Source of the DNA: Chrysomallon squamiferum
Lineage: Eukaryota > Animalia > Mollusca
Length of the DNA: 64,000 nucleotides
Assembly (NCBI GenBank): GCA_012295275.1
Contig: CM022675.1
Coordinates: forward strand, 10,912,001 to 10,976,000
Reading direction: 5' to 3'
Part shown: positions 1 through 14,707 of the stretch, piece after piece
How positions within the stretch are numbered: position 1 is the first letter of the stretch
Layout of the letters: the number at the start of each line of letters is the position of its first letter
Notes under the pieces: generated by a model
What the model was told of the DNA's origin: nothing
Seen by the model: the letters and a program-made list of their open reading frames with translations, nothing else
Databases searched by the model: none
Program-made: the position numbers and the translations under genes

Positions 1-273
1 TTTAGAACGGACATCAATCACTGAGGAAATATGACTTAATGTGCCGGGAATGAGGTGAAATATTAGTCGATGTAAAAGAAACATGTAATTATGGGCCATC
101 GGCCAGCTGATGTTCGTTATAGTTCCACGATGTTGAATATTAGGAAAAAATAAAATAAAAAAATTCAATAAACGGTTAAAAAAAAAAAAAAAAGAAAAAA
201 GAAAAAAGATAGAAAAAAAAAATGTTTTGTTTAGACGGTTAAAATGTTTTGTTTCATTACTGGAGGTTAACCT

Positions 274-405
<132 letters not shown>

Positions 406-853
406 CTCTCTTACTATGTTTTTATTCTCTCTCTTTTGTTTTCTCTCTGTTATTCACTTTCATCATACCCATTAATGATACGATATAGCAACAGCAACAA
501 GACCAGTAACAGCAGCAGCAGCAACGACAAAAAAAAACAACAACAACAATAACAGCAACAGCATTTCTGTAATAATAATAATAATAATAAAAAGTAAAGT
601 AGAATAAAATAAAATAAAATAAAATTAATAAAATAAATGAATACAATGAGAGAAAGAGAGATAAAAAATACTACTACTACTAGTAATAATAATAATAATA
701 ACAACAACAAAATGAAATCGATGATAATATTAATGATTCTCGTAATGATGATGATGACGATGATAATGATGATGAAAATGATAAAGAGAAAACCACCCAG
801 AATATATAATAATAATAATAAAAAAAAAAAAGAGTAAAAAAATAAAAAATAAC

Positions 854-934
<81 letters not shown>

Positions 935-1020
935 AACAAAAAAACAAGAAACCCCCCACAATAATAAATAAATAAATAACTAAAATACAAAGAAAAAAAA
1001 TAAAACACATTCTTTTTTTT

Positions 1021-1385
1021 AGCTCAGGCATCCGAAATACGAGCAACAGCTCTCTTCTTATTAACGACTCGGAAAGCTGTGAACAAAGTCAGTCGTGAAG
1101 CTCGTTATGAAGACAACGTTGACGTATGTATTTACGCCAATAAATCAGCGGCCGTGGCCGAGGGAACGAGGGATCAAGACATACAAATGACATCCCGAAG
1201 GCTTGTTACCCATCTGTGAGGAATGTGTGGTGTCCGGCGCGAGCTAAACATGGCACAGGTATTCAATTAGACAGCGAGTTATGTCCCCAATTGTCTTCCG
1301 TACAAAACCAATCATTTAGACTGCCCGCGTCCCGAGTGTAAATATGTGAAGCGAGTTTGTTGTTTTGTTACGTCGCGTCTTTTGT
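1021..1385. promoter_or_regulatory. CpG-rich unique island, candidate Hox-cluster cis-element
   Basis: Non-repetitive, many CpGs. Pbx-Hox-type TGATTTATTGG on the minus strand at 1137-1147. Confidence 0.35.
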
Positions 1386-1591
1386 TCGTGTGTGTGTGTG
1401 TGTCTGGCTCTGTTATATAAATGTTTAATTTTTTTTTTTTTTTAATTATTTTAATTTTATTTTATTTTATTTTATTTTTTTTTATTATTATTTTGTTCTG
1501 TTTTGTTTTGTTTTGTTTTGTTTTATTTTGTTTTAATTTTGTTTTAATTTTGTTTTTATTTATTCATTCATTTATTTATTAATAATAATAA

Positions 1592-1628
<37 letters not shown>

Positions 1629-1947
1629 ATTATCATCATCATCATCATCATCATCATCGTTATTATTTATTAACAATTATTTATTAACTTACTTGCTTAC
1701 TTTTTTATTTGGTAATTTTTAGTATCAGTAACAGTAGTAAAATTAGAAGCAATAATTGTACTGGCAATAATAATAGTACTAAAGTAATAACAAACTAATT
1801 ATCTGTCTCAGATCTTTTTACATGTATACTTGATTAAAATAAAATAAAATAAAATAAAATAAAATAGACGTTCATACAAATCTGCGTTCCAAATAAATAA
1901 AAATGAATAGCAAACCAGACATAATAAATAATAAAAGAAAGAAGCGT

Positions 1948-1978
<31 letters not shown>

Positions 1979-2225
1979 TACACGTTGCACTCTGATCACA
2001 GGAACAACAAATTCCGTAACAAATTATTGTTAGTTCGCAGCAGGCAAATATATCCATAAATCTTAAAATAAAATTAAAACTTGATACAAAACAACCATTC
2101 AAGTTTTTGTGGCATATGTATCGAAAAAGGCAAACAATATTTTATTATTTTTTATTTGTCCATGTTCTACGTGGGTGACAATTAATAAAAGTCCGTAAGC
2201 ACTTAACAAAGAGAGAAAGAAAGAA

Positions 2226-2359
<134 letters not shown>

Positions 2360-3097
2360 ACATAATGTATACTAGAAAATGTTTCTATTTATTTACTGTG
2401 CATCCATTAACTCACCTTTTTAAGTCTGGTTTATTAATCGTGAATAAACTGGTTAATTAATTAATGAATTAACTAGAGTAAGGTCTATTTCTTGATTATA
2501 AAACATAATCTTTTTTTTTTTTTTTTTTTTCTATCAGTCTTTTCCACTGAATAACGTCACATTGGACGAAAATTAATGTAATTATATCTGACATCAAAAT
2601 GCAATATGTTTATGAACTACTCTTACGAAAAAACTTGACGTATTTTAATTTTAAGCGAGGTAGACTATGGGATACAAATCTGAAGTCTGTTTAGACGTGG
2701 GGTCCGGCAAACATTTCATGCAACGAACTCTTCATGGAATCATTGATCGTTCTACCACCCCAGACATGTAAAACAAATTTTATCAGTAATAAATTTCTCG
2801 GTCTAAAAGTAATAATCTTTTTGCTTTTTTTTTTTTTTTTTTCTTGATTTCTGATTCTCGCTAATATTCATTTCATCTTTGTGTCTGGTTATTGCATTAT
2901 AGTTTCGGTTTCTGTTTCAGCATCCCCTTTTGACCCCCAGGCAGTTATCCACCCTGTTGCTTAGCCCCTTTGACCTCCAGAGTTCAATGTCGCCCCCTTT
3001 TCTGACCTCTGGGTGTAGACAATACTCTTCTACAGATATGTAAGCCAACTAGTGACAAGTACTTTTTGTTGTTATTGTCCTTTCTTATCTTATGTAA

Positions 3098-3397
<300 letters not shown>

Positions 3398-3900
3398 ATT
3401 ATAGCAATTAATGAATTATTTATATTGTTTTCTAGTTTCATGACATTTGGCTATTAAATTATCTACTAAGGGTGCAGGAAAGAATTTAATTTATAATAAT
3501 ACATTTGTCGAAATTAACAGATATTTCATTTTTAATAATTAAGACTTTTATAACTAAAACCATGCAATATGTTTTTATTTTTAATTTATTCTTTTGTACT
3601 TTATTTATTTATTTTTTTTTTAATTCTTATTTGATTATGATTTATTTTTATTTGATTTTAACTGATTTTATTAAAAATTTTATTTCATTTTATTATATTA
3701 TTCTCATTTTCATTTTATTTTATCTTTTATATTATTTTATATATTTTATTTAATATTCATTTAATTTAATTTTATTTATTTTATATAATTATTCAGTTTA
3801 ATTTGGTATATTTTTTAATATTTGTTTTTATTTTTATTTTTTATGTATTTTATATTTTTGTTGTATTTATTTTAATTATATAATTAATTAATAAATTAAT

Positions 3901-3952
<52 letters not shown>

Positions 3953-3975
3953 TATTATTATTATTATTATTATTA

Positions 3976-4047
<72 letters not shown>

Positions 4048-4348
4048 CATCATTATTATTATTATTATATTTTATTCATCTTCTCTTTTATTATCTTTTC
4101 GCTCTGTCCATTTTCCTGTCATTATATTTTTCTTCAGTTCAGTTACATCTGAAAACACAGTCAACGCTTCAGAGGTAATAATTTATTACCACGACACAAC
4201 TATTCCGTGGTCATCTTCAACAACAGCGACAACAGCCGTAACAACGGTACAGTAAAACAAATTAAAATAAAATAGAATGAATGAATGAGTCGTAGTAATA
4301 ATAATAGTAATTATAGTAGTATTAGTATTAGTATTAGCAGTAGCAGTA

Positions 4349-4391
<43 letters not shown>

Positions 4392-4398
4392 TAATAAC

Positions 4399-4439
<41 letters not shown>

Positions 4440-4539
4440 TAATAATAATAATTATAATAATAATAATAATAATAATATAAATAATAATAATAAATAAATA
4501 AATAAATAAATAAAAAAAACAAAAAAAAAAAAAAAAAAA

Positions 4540-5040
4540 CCGAAACGCATAGCGCCCCTTTAAGAAACATTTTTACATACAAAAATCACGTGACGACTTT
4601 ATTACGAAGACTGACCATCTGCCCTCGCTCTTCTCCGCCGCATCGAGCCTCGTTCTCACATCCGTGTTAGCATCTCGGCCGTCTTTGTTTTAAACGAAGA
4701 AATATATATTCATCACCGTTTAACGTCACCCGAATCCGGCTTTGTACACCAGGTACGCTTTTCAACAGCGAAACCCAAAGGCGAAACGTCACGGGGAATC
4801 TCGAGGAAAAAAAAAAAAAAAAAAAACAGGACGGTTTTCGCCAGTCGAAAGTATTAAGGGGAATTAATCTTCTAAAGTGATTAACGCTGGCCCGATGGAC
4901 TGGTCGCCGTTAATCATTTTACGCTTGCAAAGTCCCCGAGGAGGCATCGGGTCCTGGCCGCCATAAATAACGCGGAAATCTGATGGTAGCATGTGTGGAC
5001 TCTTCGTAGGTCGTTATACCTGCCCAGACTGTCTGTAGGG
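4540..5040. promoter_or_regulatory. CpG-rich unique island, candidate cis-element
   Basis: CACGTG at 4587-4592, TTTTACG at 4917-4923, CCATAAA at 4961-4967 and several TAAT cores. Confidence 0.35.
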
Positions 5041-5127
5041 CTTTTGTTTGTGTGGGTTTGTTTTTCTTTAGATGAAAAATAAGAAATGTAACAAACAAAA
5101 GAAATATTTAAACTTAGCAGAGGGAGG

Positions 5128-5191
<64 letters not shown>

Positions 5192-5396
5192 TAAGATGGT
5201 TATTATAAAAATGGACTAATTTGAAAGATAATCATGGTTCTGATTGTGATGTTGATGGCTCCAGTTGTAAAAAAAAAAATAAATAAATAAATAAATAAAT
5301 AGAAAAGGGATATTTTATTTGAAACGTTATACTATTTTATTCTCAAATAACAAAAATTAATAATAATAATAATCATAATAATAATAATAATAATAA

Positions 5397-5427
<31 letters not shown>

Positions 5428-5480
5428 AATAAGAACCAGAAGAAGATAAATAAAAAAAAAAAAAAAAGAAGATAATAATA

Positions 5481-5559
<79 letters not shown>

Positions 5560-6044
5560 TAAAAAATATCAGAAAGCATCGCGTACAGAAAAAAAAAAAA
5601 AAAATTAAAAATAAATAAATAACCAAAAAAAAAACAACAATAAAAAAACACGGCATGTTTATTGTTGTGTTAACTATCACTAAAAAGTAATAAAAACATA
5701 AATTAATGTGCCACCAGCATGAAATACAGAAACAAAGACTTTGAAATTTATAAAAAGAAAATAACCAAGGAAAAAATATACAAACAAATGAACGAATAAG
5801 TAAGTGCATGAAAGGAGAAGTGAAAGAAGAGAAAAGGAAGAAAAAGTAAGTGAATGAAATAGAAAAAGAAGAAATATTTTAAAGATGATTGATATAACAA
5901 CAACGTCATTGAATGTCGTGAACCATTTGCTGCAGCTGCTACTACAACTTCTACAACTACTACTGCTACCACGACTAATATAGCGCAACAACAACTCTAA
6001 CTAATATTATTATTATCACTAATACAACAACAACTAATAATAAT

Positions 6045-6096
<52 letters not shown>

Positions 6097-6697
6097 GTAA
6101 TGATGATGATGAATATGATCATAGTAATAATAATATTAACAATAAAAAAATAGCGATGATAATGATTATGATGATAATAATATAATAATAATAACAACAA
6201 CAATAATAATAACAATAATGTGATGTTCACGTCTTTCTGTCTGCACGTCTGTCATTATTTATTGATCTACTCGCATGTAAAAACAATGAAACTCTTACAG
6301 ACGATACCTACATGATATATGTACAGTCATAAATAAGAGAACATGCGTTTAAATAGAATTTAAATAAACCGCATTTAGTAGCGCCATTAATTCTGTCTTC
6401 AGCGCACATAAAATACGTTCGCGAACGAAAGTGTCTGGGTGTCTGTTTTTCTGTCCGTCTCACTCGCTTTCCGATTCTCGACGAGAGAATCATCTTTCCA
6501 CACCTTTTGGCAAAATTGATTTTATCTGTCGCTGTTTTACCAGCGCCATTGTTGATTCTAGCTGTTCACATGTGAAGAGATTTAAAAAAAAAAAAAAGAA
6601 TTAAATCTTTAAAAAATGCGACTTATCGTTTTGTTTTTGACACCGATGGAAGAAAAAAAACAAATATGAAGAAGAAGGTAAAAAGACCATGAAAATG

Positions 6698-6729
<32 letters not shown>

Positions 6730-6991
6730 AAATATATAAATAAAAAAAAAAAAAAAAAAAGAGAAAAAATATAAAAAAGGATAGGTAATGTATTATTTCA
6801 ACTTTTCCATTAATTATTAATTTGTGTTAAACTGAAGACACGGCATAAATTTCTAAGTAAAGTGAATTACACTTTTTTTTTTTTTCGTTGTGGAAGACAG
6901 TGTGTTTTCTTCTAACACTAGTGAAAGAACTGCCAGCACTGTATTTCACTTTTACAATTCGTGTTTTAGTAAATGAAAATGCTTATGAAAA

Positions 6992-7038
<47 letters not shown>

Positions 7039-7182
7039 AATAAACAAACAACAAATGAAATACAAAAATGAGACAATAAATAAATAAATAAATAAATGAA
7101 ATACGAAAATGAGAAAATAAATAAATAAATAAATAAGTGTTTTTATTTTGATTTCTTACATATTCGTCTGAAAATAGTTGAG

Positions 7183-7262
<80 letters not shown>

Positions 7263-7539
7263 TAATATTATTATTATTATTATTATTATTATTACTGCAA
7301 CAGTTTAATTAATTAATTATTATTTATCATCACTGTCACAACCACCACTAACACCTCCATCATCATGATCTTCATCACAATCATTATTAACATCATAAAA
7401 AAAAAAAAACACACACACACACAATAAACTTCATATTACCAATATATTAATAACCCTTCATCCCTACATATTACACACACACAACATAAAACTAAATTAT
7501 GAGTTCAAGATTTACCTTTGCCTCTTCTGTGTCTTCTGC

Positions 7540-7860
7540 TCTATCTCTTCTGCAGTAAGATATACTTCTTGTGTTCGCGATTAAAACCGTAAGGATTTAA
7601 GAACTCGCCGTCCAACGCAGTTCAAGTATGTCACGAAGATTTGGGCGAAATTATGACGGCTGCGAAAACGGACGAAGATTCCTGTAACGTAAGCGGTTAC
7701 ATAGGAAACTCATAAAAGGCTTGCCTTACTCAAAACTACAGAAACTGAATCTGTAGTCACGTGACCGTCTCATTATTTATGTTATTCTGTAGGCTACTTA
7801 AATTTATGGTCATGATCCTGTAAAGACCCTGGCTTTACGAATCAAAGAAACTATTAATGG
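7540..7860. promoter_or_regulatory. Candidate enhancer with Hox/Cdx motif cluster
   Basis: AATTATGAC 7649, CTCATAAAA 7709, GTCACGTGAC 7756, TTTATGG 7803, TTTACGA 7834. Confidence 0.4.
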
Positions 7861-7972
7861 GACATGGAAAGAAAAAGAAAAAAAAAAAAAAAAAAAAAAA
7901 CGTGTTCTGAGAGGAACAGAAATTTTGCTTGATGGAATTTTGTATGCAGTCACTTAATTAAAGAGAAAGCTA

Positions 7973-8220
7973 GATGGATGGATGGATGGAAGAGTGGATG
8001 GAAGGATGGATGGATGAATGGATGGACGAGTTGAAAAGTGGATGAGTGGATTTTTGGAATGTGATAGAATGAAGGATGGATAATAAATGGATAAATGCAC
8101 GAAAGCATAGATGGATGGATGGATGGACGAATGAATGGATGGACGAATGGTTTAATAAACTGATAAATATATGCTGAATATATCTACTCATAAACTGGAA
8201 AGGAATGGATAGATAGACAG
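7973..8220. repeat. Degenerate (GGAT)n tetranucleotide array
   Basis: Repeated GGAT/GAAT units. Confidence 0.85.
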
Positions 8221-8738
8221 ACGAATAACATAAATATCAGTAAAAGACTGAATGAAAAAGGTTATGAATAATGAATGAATAAATAAACGAATGCATGCAT
8301 GCATGGATGAACAGAACTGACGCATGGATATACAGATTAAACGACAGATAAGCGGATTAATGGATGAACAGTTAGTGGATAGGGGGATAATGATCAGCTG
8401 TATATACTGACGAAGAATGATAATACTTGATGGACGAATTTGTATAAGAACTGACAGACAGATGGAAGTATACACTGACGGATGGATGGTTGGCTGATAA
8501 GTAATATAAAATGTGCACAATAAATAAAAACTGATAAAGATGTCGACTCATTATAATATCAGCGATTATTGTGAACACAGCGTTCGTTTCCTAAATAAAC
8601 TTGATAGGAGAGAGGAACGCCTCTAACCACACATACATTGATTACTCCTACTAATTCGCTGAAAGAAATCGTTTTTTGCACCTTCCCATGGACCTGAAAG
8701 CAGATGCCATTATCTTCGATATATCGTTTCTAAAATTA

Positions 8739-8941
8739 AAATATTAAACGAAAATAACCAGTTAAAGTTTTACGTTATTTCTGTAAAATCGGAAAATTTT
8801 AAGCGAAAATGATCCGTTAAATTATTATATTGTTTCTGTAAGTAAGTAAATATTAAGCGAAAATAACTCAGTAAATATTAAAAAAATATATATTAAAAAA
8901 TAGCCCGTTAAAGTTTTACATTAATATCGAAAGTCAGTAAA
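8739..8941. repeat. Degenerate ~54-55 bp tandem repeat, ~3.5 copies
   Basis: CGAAAAT recurs at 8749, 8804 and 8858, with shared GTTAAAGTTTTAC and TTTCTGTAA segments. Confidence 0.7.
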
Positions 8942-9330
8942 CGGGAGATTCATTTTACAAACCGCACCAATCAAATCAAAATATCAATAGTGGAAAAAAA
9001 AAAAAACGTATTGAATATATAACTTATTATTATTATTTCTTTCTTTCTTTGTTTCTGTGGAGGTCACCCAGAACTTTAGTTTCACATTTCCAGGCAAAGT
9101 AATTTTAAAAATAACGAGAAAACTGAAGTAATTCTAATCAACTGAAAAGGTTAAGTCGAGTTTCCCAATTCTAAACATTTCAGAAAATGATTACAATTCA
9201 TTTCAGTGAAAAGAAACTTTGAGTCCTGGAGAGAAACTCATTTTCATCTTCTTCTTCTTCTTTTTTTGGCGAATTATCCTTTTCCTTGAATCAATATTTT
9301 ACTTAGCAGTTATTTAAATACACTTAGCAA

Positions 9331-9423
9331 AAGGGACAGATCCAAAGTTTGTATAGAGGTGTATGGGCAGTTCGCCCCCCCTCCCCCTCGAATTCTAGTT
9401 TTATTTCATCTACCTGAATCTGC
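9331..9423. mobile_element. Possible decayed short MITE-like remnant
   Basis: Starts AAGGGACAGATCCAA, similar to the start of the 22936 element. Has an internal C-run and ends with CTGAATCTGC, resembling the inverted end. Confidence 0.25.
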
Positions 9424-9895
9424 AAAGTTTTCGATCTTCCATCCGTAGATACTTATATTTTGTACTAAAATCGATAATAAAAGCTAACTGAATAATGTGA
9501 ATATCATTTATCATCTCCGACAGTGGACTAACATATTTCGTTATTAAAATATAACTGACTGTAACTGACTCGTAAACGTTACGATATGCCTCGTTACGTT
9601 ATTTATTGTCAGGTCAGTTTTATATTTCTCGAAACACATTGCAAATGTATATTTCTACCTGAAGGACAAATCTTTAAGTGTAAGAATGTAAGAATATTGA
9701 TCGAGCGTTATTTTATTTTAACTGTTATTAACTGTTATTATTAGCGGCTTTTGACTTTTATAACTTCACAACTAATAACTATTAAATATCTACGATTTAT
9801 TGTTATTACTATTATTATTATTATTATTACTGTTTTTTGTTGTTGTTGTTATTAGTTGCGGTTGTAATGGTAGTAATAGTGATAGTAGTGTCGTT

Positions 9896-9931
<36 letters not shown>

Positions 9932-11037
9932 ATAGTGTTGCTGTTGTTGTTATTAATTTTCTTTTATGTATGTCTAAAGGAGGACACCCGTTATTATAAC
10001 TTAACTGTGACAAGTTTTATTCACGCCTGTAGTTAAATAATAACACATACAAAATTTCCTCTAATGTAGCAGTGAGTGAGATACGTTTTATACTGGATAC
10101 AGTTTTATTTTATCGTACATTAATTTGATTCTAACGTAATTAGTAATTTTATTTTATTTCATAAGTTTCTCCACTGTAGGGATAACGACGTTATAATGAT
10201 TTGTATCACTGTTTTATTATTTTTAGGTTGAAATGTCGTTGCAGCAATTTCTTGCAGTCGCTAACAGTTGTTTGTGGTTGATGAACTAATTATATAAACT
10301 CAATATTTCTTTTATTAAACAACTGTTCTTTTCCCACTGTCTGCACCCGAACTGTCTGTGAAGGAACTCAGCAGATTACAGAAATGGTTACGTTATAATC
10401 ACTGTCCAGTTTGCCCACAGCAAATTGTGGATATTATTTTTATTTTTTTTTTTGTTTTGTTCGATCTGCTTAATCATCTGTCTTATTGGATCTCAGTTAT
10501 TGGAATAATAATAATAATGATAATAATAATAATAATAATAATAATTATAATAATAATAATAATAATAACAACAACAATAATAATAATAAAGAAAAAATCT
10601 TACTCATCGTGTTTTTATTTATTATTGATATATAAATATATATATATATATAATACATATATTATTATTATTATTATTATTACGATACAAAACCAGCTAC
10701 AATACCATTTCTATCACAAATCAGTTGTTAGTATTGGTAAAAAAAAAAAAAAAAAGACTTGATTTTTCTCTGGTGTGAACTGTGAACTTACTCAAGCGTT
10801 TTTCTTGTTCTCATCTGTTTGTCGCGATGCAGTTTCCACACAATAAAATATTATCAGCTAACTCGAAACTCCGTGTTGCGTTTCCTCCCTACGGTACGGT
10901 TACCGTTGTTTCAAGTGCACTGGAAATTGTTTACAATGTTGTATGTCAATTTCTTACTGTATCAGATGTTTGCTTTGCTTCATATATCAACAAGATACCG
11001 TTCATGTCTTTATTGTTTCGTTGGTTTATACAATTAC

Positions 11038-11075
<38 letters not shown>

Positions 11076-11482
11076 AGGATTGCGTTTCGTTGTAGTCTTA
11101 TACCAAACCTTGATGACTTTGTCCCCTTGGTTACATCTTTTTTTTTTTTTTTTTTTTATATATATATTAAATGTTATTTTAATTTAGTGTATCAAATTTT
11201 ATTTTAATTTTGTATATCAAGTGATCCTTTGTCACCTTTGGTTTCTTTTTCAGGACATTGCAGTTTCTGTTTTCTCTGTCGTAAACCTTTTGATTCAGGA
11301 TTTTTCAAAGCTGTTGAGGTTCTGTTTTCAGTACAAATCTTTTTGTTGTCAGTTCTGTTTTACACTTTTTTTGTTTTGCCTGTACTTGTTGTTCATTCGA
11401 ACCATTTTCTTGCTTTAAGAATACTTTTGGGGATATCCATGAATAAATTAAATATTAATAATATTAAAAAAAATAATAACAC

Positions 11483-11552
<70 letters not shown>

Positions 11553-12071
11553 AATAAATAACAAAAATGTAAATAAATAAAATAAAAATATATATATATA
11601 TATAAAATAAAATAAAATAAAATAAAATAAAATAAAAATGGCGGCGGAGATGTTTTAAAACTATGTTTTTTAACTGTTAGGCTACTTTATTAATTCAGTT
11701 ACAAGTAATGACAGCACTCGGAATATACAGTAAAACCCCGCCTAGAGTCATGAACTCGTTCTAAAATTGTTACATGACGTAACATCGTAAATAACTCGCG
11801 AAAAAAAATGTAACTATTTTAAAAAAAAGCATTAAAGTTATATTTTTTAAATAGAATAAATTTAATAAAAATATATATATTATTCACTCTGTTATTTGCT
11901 GTTGCAAATGCCTAAAACGCCTTACAGTTAGCGTAAACAAGATGAAGAAGAATATTACTCTTGTTAAGGACATAAAAAATAAATAAAAAAATAAAAATAA
12001 CTAAATAACTAAAAAAATTATAATAAATAAATAAAAAAAATAAATAAAAAAAATAAAAAAAAAAAAAAAAA

Positions 12072-12114
<43 letters not shown>

Positions 12115-12260
12115 GTGATTTGTGAAGAATAATAAATAAAATAATGTGATTTAACTTAAACTTGGGGGAAAGACGACGGACTAAGTTTATCTTTATTCGA
12201 TATAAATATTTTATTGTATATACATACTGTTATGTTTTTATTCGTTTTTATGGTATTATA

Positions 12261-12308
<48 letters not shown>

Positions 12309-12691
12309 GGATTTTATTATTCGTTTGTTGTTGTTGTTGACGTAAAGACGTTCATTGGACTAGAATTATTCTTGAAAAGTGGCGTAAAAGCGAATGACGG
12401 AATGATGTTTTTTTATATTATCCAAGTAACAATTTATACTTATTCCGTAGAATAAAGATATCCTAATGCTTCGGTGTATCAGAAGCAGAAAATGATATCA
12501 CACATATTTAATATATTTTAGCAGCTGTGACAGTGGTAACTCGTACAAAATTCTGTGATCATTCAATATTTTTTTACTTGCGACCAAGAAAAATCATTAC
12601 TAACGTTCTGCGATCTGTACTTTGATTTGCAGGTCATGGATGTTGGCAAATAATTTAGTTTTTATTACTAGATCTGTAATGACGTTGATAT

Positions 12692-12722
<31 letters not shown>

Positions 12723-12923
12723 TTTTATTTTATTTTATTTTATTTTATTTATTTTTTATTTAATTTTTATTGTGTTTTATTTTATTTTATTTTATTTTAT
12801 TTTATTTTATTTTAATTTATTTTATTTTATTTTGTCTTATTTTATTTCAATTTATTTTATTTCAATTTATTTTATTTTATTTTGTATTAATTTGTTTTAT
12901 TTTATTATTTTATTATTATTATA

Positions 12924-12955
<32 letters not shown>

Positions 12956-12976
12956 ATTATTATTATTGTTATTATT

Positions 12977-13057
<81 letters not shown>

Positions 13058-14173
13058 TTATTTTTTGCATGACATGAAAACGATTACAGATTGACATTAT
13101 GTTTTAACATTTATTACCAATGTGCCATGCGGTTTGTAAATATCCAGGTAAATTTTATTTATTTATTTTGCAGCAGTTCATTTATTGCTATTGAATGCAG
13201 ACAACAAAATTAAATGAGAAATTATTATGCTACTGATTATAATTATATAAAAAAATAATAATACAATTTTAAAAAGAAAAAAAGAAACAAAATTAAATTA
13301 AAAAATATTAAATAAAAATTAAAACAAAATGAAAGATAACATAAAAATATGTAGAGACATTAAATTATAATTACATATATATACAAACACGCACAAATAC
13401 GAACATCTTGAGAAACAGAAACAGACAAAGATAAAAAAATAATTTTTTCAAAACGACTTCGCGGTCAAAACTAAAAACACAATACGAACAAAAAAACAAT
13501 GTGTTTTCATTTCAACACCAACAAAATATTTTTTTTTTTCTCCTACCAATAAATCACTTATTATCTTTTTCAAGGTGCCTCTTTGAATTTTCACAATAAA
13601 AAAATAATATGTTTTGCGGTCTTGAAAAGATATTTTACTGCCTACAATGTCACCGCCATGATCGTCTAAAGTTGATCTATGTTCCAAAGACATTTTCTGT
13701 GGCCACAAGAGCCTGAGCCTGTTGGACCCTTCGTAGTTAAATCGACTTGCAGTAAACATGCGAAGGGAATCTTTGGCACACGACAAGACCACGGTCATTA
13801 GAGGGAGAAAATACAACATTTAAAAGAACATAAACCAAGATAACAAAAGATCTCGGTTCAGAAAGGTTCAGCGTTTTTCTGATACGTGTGAATTATGAAC
13901 TTGCGAAGAACGTTAACATCTGAGCCCTATCTGAAACAACAAGTTTATTTTTCAAATGACAGCAGCAAATGCTTTTCTTAACAAAATTAAAAAGAAAAAA
14001 AAAAGCCATTCTTGCAGTTACTATTCCACGTATTTTTTGGTTCGAGTACGCACGCAGTAGAGAGAAATATCTCCTTGGTGTGAGTGAAGAAAGGTGAATT
14101 TGAAGATTTAAGAATATTAGCGCGTCTGACAGAAATCTTTTGAATATTTTAGGACAGAGGATATTTAGTGTGG

Positions 14174-14210
<37 letters not shown>

Positions 14211-14276
14211 TGTGTGTGTGTGTATATTTGATATATAACGTGTAAGATTTTGACGTATATATTTATATATATACAT

Positions 14277-14415
14277 ACATACATACATATAGAGAGAGTT
14301 AATAATATTTTTATTAATTTTATTATATTAAAAATATGACTAAAATATACATACATATAGAGAGAGTTAATAATATTTTTGTTAATTTTATTCTATTAAA
14401 AAATATGACTAAAAT
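14277..14415. repeat. 68-bp tandem duplication (2 copies)
   Basis: ACATACATATAGAGAGAGTTAATAATATTTTT...AAAATATGACTAAAAT at 14281 and 14349, with about 3 differences. Confidence 0.92.
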
Positions 14416-14638
14416 GTGTTTTAGATAGTTAAATTATTTTCGCGAGTTATACATACATAAAGATAGATAGACAGATAATGAAACAGTCAGAGAGACCGAG
14501 AGAGAGAGTTAAATAGATGGCTAGAGATAGACAGAAAGACGCACAGAAAGAAAGAAAAATGCATTACAGATAGACGGATGAATCGATTATAGTGTGCATC
14601 TCTTCTGGCGAACAGATTTTACATTAACAGAAAATAGA

Positions 14639-14707
<69 letters not shown>

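Noticed and set aside
1055-1112. GAAGCTCGTT resembling the 5' end of miR-993-3p, with weak fold-back
   Set aside because: The rest of the mature sequence and the ACCCTGTAG 5p arm are absent; pairing is poor.
11726-11760. TA-CAGTAAAACCCCGC resembling a Tc1/mariner-pogo terminal repeat
   Set aside because: No matching inverted end or transposase fragment was found.
13448-13819. 123-aa minus-strand ORF
   Set aside because: Non-ATG start, no recognisable homology, and it runs through A/T homopolymers.
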